This document shows positions 58,238 to 64,000 of a DNA stretch of 64,000 nt, piece by piece. The stretch is from contig JAWSUS010000003.1 in assembly GCA_033549025.1 (NCBI GenBank), forward strand, positions 128,001 through 192,000. Reading direction: 5' to 3'. Under the pieces are notes generated by a model. The model was given only the letters and a program-made list of their open reading frames with translations. It was not told the origin of the DNA and ran no database searches. Each line of letters starts with the position of its first letter. Positions within the stretch are counted from its first letter, which is position 1. The position numbers and the translations under genes were made by a program. Source of the DNA: Desulfuromonadales bacterium (lineage in GTDB: Bacteria > Desulfobacterota > Desulfuromonadia > Desulfuromonadales > SZUA-540).

Positions 58238-59632
58238 TCAGGAGGATGGTGATGCGACCATCGCCGTCTGATGGGTCTGCTCGGCCAGCTGCCTGGGCGA
58301 CTCCGATGCCACCACCGGCTGGGCAATGCGCTGGGAGGGAACCTCCATCAGAGCCACTACCTCATTGACCCGTTCGGTGAACTGGGCCAGCTTGCCTTTG
58401 GGCACGGCCGAGGCCATGGGGATGCTGGCCGTAAGGGGATTGACCGGACGGCCCTTGGTGTGCAGCTCGAAATGCAGGTGAGGCCCGGTGGAGCGACCGG
58501 TGTTGCCCGAAAGAGCGATGCGTTGACCCCGCTGCACTGTCTGCCCCCGCCTAACGAGAGACCGACTCAGGTGCAGGTAGCGGGTGGTGTAATGGCTGCC
58601 GTGCTGGATTTCGACGTATTTGCCGGCAAAGGGGTGATTCTGCACACGGGTGACCACACCATCGCCCGTGGCCAGCACCGGTGTGCCGGTGGGCATGGCG
58701 AAATCGACACCGTTATGGGGGGACACTCGTCCAGTGACCGGATGACGGCGGGTCCGACTGAAGGCAGAGCTGACACGATACTGGCCCTGTGTGGGATAAC
58801 GCCTGAAGGCGCGGGCCAGGCTTTCCCCCTTGTGATCGTAATAGTTGCCGTCCTCGAAGAGAAACGCGCTGTAAAGCCGCTTGCCCCGAAAGATGCGCAC
58901 CCCTTCGATACGGCTCTGACCCGTCCATTCCCCGTTGACGAACTGCTGGCTGCGCACGACCTGAAAGGTGTCGCCGGCGCGGATATCCCGGGCAAAGTTG
59001 AGTTGGTCACGAAAGAGATCGGCAATATTCACCGTTTCGTTTTCGCTCAGGCCGACATTCTTGGCCGACAGATAAAAACTGCCGTTGATGGTGCCGTCCA
59101 GAAACTCCGGCATCCATTCACCCGGCAGGACGATCTCCTCGTAATCAAAGGTCGCTCCATCCACGCGGTGATACATCACCCTCTTACCCGGGTGGATATA
59201 AAGCTCCATGTTGGCCAGCTCGCCGGATTCCTCGTCGAGGGTAAAAGTCAGCCGATTGCCGGGGCGCAGGGTATCGAGAGCCAGCAGCTGTTCATCGGCG
59301 GCCAGAATCTGATACATGGTGCTCTGACCTATCCCCAGCAGGTCGAAGATCGAACTCAGGGTGTCGCCGGGCGCGATATCACGGCTGCGGATATGATCCG
59401 GCACCGGCGGCTGTGCCGGGGCCTCGACAATCGAAGTTGGCGACAGGACAGGGGAGCTGACGTCAAACCCAGGGCCGGGAAGAGCAGAGGATGAAGAACG
59501 GGGCAGCGCCGTCAGCAGGAGACCTGGCACAGCCAGAAAAAAAAGGACGGCGGCAAGCTGCAGTCGGCGCTTGCGGCGCCTGCGGCGGCGCTGCTCTTGA
59601 GTTGTCAACCAGATAGCGTTCATAAACGACAT
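58238..59632 (-). CDS. M23-family murein DD-endopeptidase (MepM-like)
   Basis: N-terminal basic run plus TM helix, LysM-like GDTLS, HNGVD (HxxxD) and TGPHLHFE (HxH); start approximate. Confidence 0.92.
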   Translation of the reverse strand: MSFMNAIWLTTQEQRRRRRRKRRLQLAAVLFFLAVPGLLLTALPRSSSSALPGPGFDVSSPVLSPTSIVEAPAQPPVPDHIRSRDIAPGDTLSSIFDLLGIGQSTMYQILAADEQLLALDTLRPGNRLTFTLDEESGELANMELYIHPGKRVMYHRVDGATFDYEEIVLPGEWMPEFLDGTINGSFYLSAKNVGLSENETVNIADLFRDQLNFARDIRAGDTFQVVRSQQFVNGEWTGQSRIEGVRIFRGKRLYSAFLFEDGNYYDHKGESLARAFRRYPTQGQYRVSSAFSRTRRHPVTGRVSPHNGVDFAMPTGTPVLATGDGVVTRVQNHPFAGKYVEIQHGSHYTTRYLHLSRSLVRRGQTVQRGQRIALSGNTGRSTGPHLHFELHTKGRPVNPLTASIPMASAVPKGKLAQFTERVNEVVALMEVPSQRIAQPVVASESPRQLAEQTHQTAMVASPSS

Positions 59633-59912
59633 AACACCGTTGGGGTATGGTGAGCCCGGGTTTGCATATTGGGAAACCCGGGCAAGAAAACTTGTTCGTT
59701 TTTGCCCTATCTGGACACCAAATGTCAACCCCGAGACGCAGCGTACCGGAATTTTTCCTCTAAAAATCGCGGATGTCGCTGGCCGTTCGGCAGACTAAAA
59801 GCGATGTGATATGCTATGAAGCATTGTTGTTTGACCCCGTTTTTTTACATGAGATACGGATATCTTTTCTTTAAGGGCAAACAGACTCTTCAACCCTTTC
59901 CAGGAGATCCTC

Positions 59913-60650
59913 ATGCGCCGATCCTTTTTACTCAGCCTGTGTTCCCTTATCCTGCTTGCGCTTCTGGCCGGCTGCGCGGAAATGACGGGCGGCGAGTTGG
60001 CCGGCAACGTACTGCGGGCTCTGTCGACCAACGGCGCCGGCAGCGATATGGACGAAGCCACCATCGCCGCCGGGCTCAAGGAAGCCCTCACGGTCGGTTC
60101 CGAACGAGCCGTCGCCGCCACTTCCCAGCCCGACGGTTTCTGGGGCAACCAGCTCATTCGCATCGCCATGCCGCCCGAACTGACCACCATGGCCACCACC
60201 CTGCGGACTATCGGTTTCGCCAACCAGGTCGACGCCATGGAGCTGGCCATGAACCGCGCCGCCGAGAACGCCGCCGCCGAAGCCAAACCCGTTTTGCTCA
60301 ATGCCGTCTCCCGTATGACCCTCAGCGACGCCCTCGGCATTCTGCGTGGTGGCGACACCGCCGCGACCGACTACTTTCGGGCGCAAACCTCCGACGAACT
60401 GCACGGGCGTTTTTTGCCCATCATTCAGGCTAAGATGGGCGAAGTGGGCCTTTACCAGCAGTACAACCAGCTCATGACGACCTACAACGCTCTTCCCCTG
60501 ACGCCCAAATCCAATTTCAATCTCGACGATTATGTTGCCGAGCAGGGGCTGAACGGCCTTTTCACCATGCTGGCCGCCGAGGAAAAGGAGATCCGCGCCA
60601 ACCCCGCCGCCCGCACCACCGACCTGCTGAAAAGGGTCTTTGCCCGTTAA
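59913..60650 (+). CDS. DUF4197 family lipoprotein
   Basis: Lipobox LAGC, GLKEALTVG, MNRAAE, EEKEIRANPAARTTDLLKRVF. Confidence 0.88.
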   Translation: MRRSFLLSLCSLILLALLAGCAEMTGGELAGNVLRALSTNGAGSDMDEATIAAGLKEALTVGSERAVAATSQPDGFWGNQLIRIAMPPELTTMATTLRTIGFANQVDAMELAMNRAAENAAAEAKPVLLNAVSRMTLSDALGILRGGDTAATDYFRAQTSDELHGRFLPIIQAKMGEVGLYQQYNQLMTTYNALPLTPKSNFNLDDYVAEQGLNGLFTMLAAEEKEIRANPAARTTDLLKRVFAR

Positions 60651-60686
60651 GGGTGCCGACACCAGCAGCTCTTCCCACCTTTACAT

Positions 60687-60731
60687 AAATTTGGCCCCCT
60701 GCATGCGCCAAGGCATGAGGGGGCCAAATTT
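60687..60731. terminator. Bidirectional terminator
   Basis: AAATTTGGCCCCCT...AGGGGGCCAAATTT between convergent genes. Confidence 0.75.
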
Positions 60732-60763
60732 TTACGCAGACATAGCAGACGGTGCTAACGACC

Positions 60764-63700
60764 TCAGGCCGACAGCTTGCGAATGCGCACCGGAATCACC
60801 TGACGTGAGTTGGAGCCGACGGCAAAGTCGGACAGGGCAATCCGTCCAGGCCGATCGGGATCGGCAAAGCCCAGCAGGTTGATACAGGCGCCGCTCTTGC
60901 GGAAGCGCAGCCCCTCCAGGGTCTCCTGGCCGATCTGCACGGTTATCGCCCCTTCGCCGCTGCGCCCGAAGCCGTGTTCGACACCGATGGCCTCCGGATG
61001 CATCCCTTCCCTCACCCGCAAAAGCCCCTCAATACGCCCGCCGGGAGAGGTCAACTCGACAACATCGCCATGAGCAAGGTCCAGGCTTTCGGCCGTGCGG
61101 GCGGCGATGTCGATGGTACTGGTGTAGCGCAGATCCCGCAGACGAGACGAAGCCGTATTGGGGGTGGATACCACGTTGGACTTGAAGCTGAAGGCCGTCA
61201 ACGGGTACTCGATACGGGGATAGCGTTTGGCCAGAGGCTCGCCTTTGACCAGGCGCGCCGCATAAAAAGTGGGCACGCCACTGTATTTTTCCGCCGTCAG
61301 GGCGCTGCGGCTGGTGCCGACGATCTCGTTGTAGACGCTGACCATCCCCCCATACTTCTTGGCCAGATGAGCCCCCTTGTAGGCTCCTTCCTTTCCTTCG
61401 AAGCGGCCGCCACGGGCCATAACGTAGGCGACCTTGCGCCAGTTTTGCGGGCTGACCCGGCGCAGGCGCGGCACATAGTCCTGCAGGCCGGCCAGGCGGA
61501 TCTCCTCATCATCGGCATCGGGCACCGGTTTGCCGTCCAGGGCAACATTCTCGAAGAGGCGCAGATAGAAGTCTTCGGGACGCTCCAGCGGGTGCAGGCT
61601 GCCGTCGGCGGCCTTGATGGCCTTGGGGCCGAACCCGGGGAGACCGAGCTTCTTGCCGACTTCGATAACGAAACTGTCCATGCACACCGGCTCGCCGTTG
61701 GCGAAGGCCACCTGACGCGGCGCTACCACGGGGTAACGCACGGCGTTGGTCTTAGTCAGCCAGGCCCCCCAGGGATTGAGCTCGCCCCAGGTTTCGTAGA
61801 GCACGCTGTCGGGGACGATGTAATCGGCCAGTCGGGAAGATTCGTTGATAAAGGGGTCTATTGCAATAATCAGGGGGATGGAGGCCTTGGGGTCCTTGAG
61901 GGCTTCAGTCAAGGTGTTCTCCCCGCCCGATTCACCATAGACGAAGTTGGCGTTCCAGCTGATGAGCGCCTTGAGCGGATAGGGATAACGATTGATGGAG
62001 CCGGTGATCAGCCCCGTCTCGATGGCGTTGGTAAACGGATACCACTGATCCTTGGCTGGATAGGGCTGGCCGGCCGCCTGATTCCGTTTGAACTCGCTGG
62101 TCTTTTCATAGGCGATGCGGGTTCGATCGATGCGGATGCCGGGTTGCTTGGGCTTACCGGGATAAGCCGTGAGATCGTAGGCGGCACCCTTCATATCCTT
62201 GAACTTGCCGCCGCCGGCACTCATCCCCCCCTGGTAGTTGAGACTCCCCACCAGAGCGGACAAGGACAGTATGGCCCAGGTGGTGTAGAAGCCGGTGGTG
62301 TGCATGGTGTTGCCATGGCAGTCCACCGCCACTTTGCGACCGTGGCTGGTAAACTCCTGGGCCAGCTCGGCAATCTCCTCGGCCGGAATGCCCGACTCCT
62401 TGGCGTACTCATCCAGCGTGAAGCGGAAGGCCGATTCCTTGAGCAGGGTAAAGGACGACTTCACCGCCAACGGCTCACCCCGATAGACAATCGTCTCATC
62501 CACCTCGAGGCGGGCTGCATCGACCGAATCCGCCGTCTTAAGTTGCCCATCGGCACCGTCGATGACCAGAAAGTCCTCCTTCTCAGCTTCATCGGAGGCC
62601 TTGAGCATACGTCCTTCGAGGGGATGTCCCGGGGCGACCACCACCAGATGACTCGCATTGGTGAAGCTCGGCTCGCCCACCCGCTCCATCGCCGCCTTGC
62701 TTGGCACACTGAGATAGGCGCTGTTGTGCCGGTTGTTGTCGATAATCCAGCGGATCATCCCCATGGCCAGGGCAAGGTCGCCGCCCGGACGGATGGGCAA
62801 CCAGCGGGAGCGCTCACCGGCGGCGATGCTGTCGCTGTTGGTGAGCATGGGGGTCACGGTAACGTAATGCAGGTTGCCTTCGCTGCGGGCCCGGGCCAGC
62901 AGTTTACCCTGGCGCTTGAAGGGATTGCCCGCCTGCCCGGGGGAGGTGCCGAAGTTGATGAGATACTCGCAGTGCTCAAAATCCGGCTTGAGATGAGGAT
63001 ATTTATTGAAGTCGCTCAAAAAGGCGGCGTTGCCGGCCCGCATGGAGAGGCCGCAAATGGAGGAATGTCCCGAGAAATTTTTGCTGCCAAAGGCCTGCAG
63101 AAAGCGGAAGACCATGAAATCCTTGCGGCCTTCGTCGGTAGTCCCCAGAATGCCCAACTGGTTGGCAACGGTGCCGTATTCGGGATTGGCCGGGTCGATG
63201 GGCGTCTCCAGATCACGGATGGCCGCCAGTCCATCCACATGCCCTTCGCCAAAGAGATTGCCGCCGCCGACCACCTCTTCGATGAGCTGCTCGGGCGAGA
63301 TGGGGATCCATTTATCCTCGCCGCGTTTGCCCGCCCGCTTCAGCGGGGTGAGGACCCGGAATTTGTCGTGAATCTTATCGAAGACGACGTTGCCGCGGGC
63401 GCAGGCCGTCGAACGATTCTCCAGGCCGCTTTCGCCGTAGTTCGAGGTCCAGCGCAGACTCTCGCGCAGAGGAGTCTCATAGGGGAGCCAGGGATCGCTG
63501 GACAGAGGATGATAGGGGTTGCCGGCCGCCCGCACGACCGTGCCGCTCTTGTTGTCCAACTTGACCCGCACGCCGCACTGGGTTGTGCAGCCGATACACA
63601 CGGTGCTCGCCACCGTGAAATCGGCATTGGGCTTCACCTGGCCGTCAGCGTCAATGCGCGCCTCGGGCGCGGGGGCATTGCCGTAGATGGCGTCGGGCGC

Positions 63701-63820
63701 CGGGTTGCCCCGCCGGCTCAGGCGCGCTGCCGCCGTCAGGGTGTCACTATAACCTACAGCGGCGCCGGCCGCCGTGGCCAGCCCCGTGATCTTGAGAAAC
63801 TTCCGTCGGCTCTGTTTCAT
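60764..63820 (-). CDS. ttrA: Tat-exported molybdopterin oxidoreductase, tetrathionate reductase subunit A family
   Basis: SRRKFLK Tat motif, CxxCxxxC..C Fe-S motif, GNPYHPLS, TACARG, ICGLS, KPDF, GTSPGQAGNPFKRQ; 1018 aa. Confidence 0.8.
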   Translation of the reverse strand: MKQSRRKFLKITGLATAAGAAVGYSDTLTAAARLSRRGNPAPDAIYGNAPAPEARIDADGQVKPNADFTVASTVCIGCTTQCGVRVKLDNKSGTVVRAAGNPYHPLSSDPWLPYETPLRESLRWTSNYGESGLENRSTACARGNVVFDKIHDKFRVLTPLKRAGKRGEDKWIPISPEQLIEEVVGGGNLFGEGHVDGLAAIRDLETPIDPANPEYGTVANQLGILGTTDEGRKDFMVFRFLQAFGSKNFSGHSSICGLSMRAGNAAFLSDFNKYPHLKPDFEHCEYLINFGTSPGQAGNPFKRQGKLLARARSEGNLHYVTVTPMLTNSDSIAAGERSRWLPIRPGGDLALAMGMIRWIIDNNRHNSAYLSVPSKAAMERVGEPSFTNASHLVVVAPGHPLEGRMLKASDEAEKEDFLVIDGADGQLKTADSVDAARLEVDETIVYRGEPLAVKSSFTLLKESAFRFTLDEYAKESGIPAEEIAELAQEFTSHGRKVAVDCHGNTMHTTGFYTTWAILSLSALVGSLNYQGGMSAGGGKFKDMKGAAYDLTAYPGKPKQPGIRIDRTRIAYEKTSEFKRNQAAGQPYPAKDQWYPFTNAIETGLITGSINRYPYPLKALISWNANFVYGESGGENTLTEALKDPKASIPLIIAIDPFINESSRLADYIVPDSVLYETWGELNPWGAWLTKTNAVRYPVVAPRQVAFANGEPVCMDSFVIEVGKKLGLPGFGPKAIKAADGSLHPLERPEDFYLRLFENVALDGKPVPDADDEEIRLAGLQDYVPRLRRVSPQNWRKVAYVMARGGRFEGKEGAYKGAHLAKKYGGMVSVYNEIVGTSRSALTAEKYSGVPTFYAARLVKGEPLAKRYPRIEYPLTAFSFKSNVVSTPNTASSRLRDLRYTSTIDIAARTAESLDLAHGDVVELTSPGGRIEGLLRVREGMHPEAIGVEHGFGRSGEGAITVQIGQETLEGLRFRKSGACINLLGFADPDRPGRIALSDFAVGSNSRQVIPVRIRKLSA

Positions 63821-64000
63821 GACTCCAGTTCCTTTCCGTAATGACGATCCATCTCTTCATCCCAGGGGAAGACCAGCAGGACAGCGCACAGCAGGGCCAC
63901 AAAGAGCAGCCAGTTGGCCACCACCGCGCTGACGCTGCCGGCGCCGAAGAGATGGGGATGATAGCTGAGCAGCCCCGCCGTCGTCTTGCCGATGGTCTGG
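63817..64000 (-). CDS. C-terminus of an NrfD/TtrC-like membrane anchor subunit (partial)
   Basis: Manual translation QTIGKTTAGLLSYHPHLFGAGSVSAVVANWLLFVALLCAVLLVFPWDEEMDRHYGKELES*; the stop overlaps the ttrA start (ATGA). Confidence 0.65.
   Translation of the reverse strand, partial: QTIGKTTAGLLSYHPHLFGAGSVSAVVANWLLFVALLCAVLLVFPWDEEMDRHYGKELES

Noticed and set aside
59681..59712. c-di-GMP-I riboswitch upstream of the M23 peptidase (AGGGCAAA start)
   Set aside because: The GNRA-capped P2 and GACGCAAAG core are missing.
60974..63841. 955-aa plus-strand ORF, and similar long ORFs opposite fusA, tuf, rpoBC, proS, ispG and trp genes
   Set aside because: Antisense shadows of well-supported genes, caused by GC-rich codon bias; no motifs.

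Overview
64-kb GC-rich bacterial chromosomal segment; gene content and order suggest a Desulfuromonadales deltaproteobacterium (inference). Bases 1-53.8 kb are conserved housekeeping genes, nearly all on the minus strand. They include ispG-proS-DUF4388-pyrF-rlmB, a Thr/Tyr/Gly/Thr tRNA cluster, tuf-rpmG-tRNA-Trp-secE-nusG-rplKAJL-rpoBC, and the str/S10/spc/alpha ribosomal superoperon with a second tuf. These are followed by a trp cluster (trpEGDC-trpB2-trpF-trpB1, DEAD-box helicase, uracil-DNA glycosylase, trpA) and accD-folC. The main accessory feature is a 3,537-bp cargo-free integrative element inserted at the anticodon loop of the selenocysteine tRNA gene, downstream of yedF. It is bounded by a 64-bp direct repeat and encodes a tyrosine integrase, a RepL-like winged-helix replication protein with phased palindromic binding sites, and two ribbon-helix-helix-like proteins. 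It also carries TGTGACAA arm-type repeats and a structured non-coding region, but no relaxase, capsid or cargo gene. An M23 peptidase, a DUF4197 lipoprotein and a Tat-exported TtrA/SrdA-family molybdoenzyme with the end of its membrane subunit follow. All assignments come from reading the sequence and recalled motifs; no searches were run.
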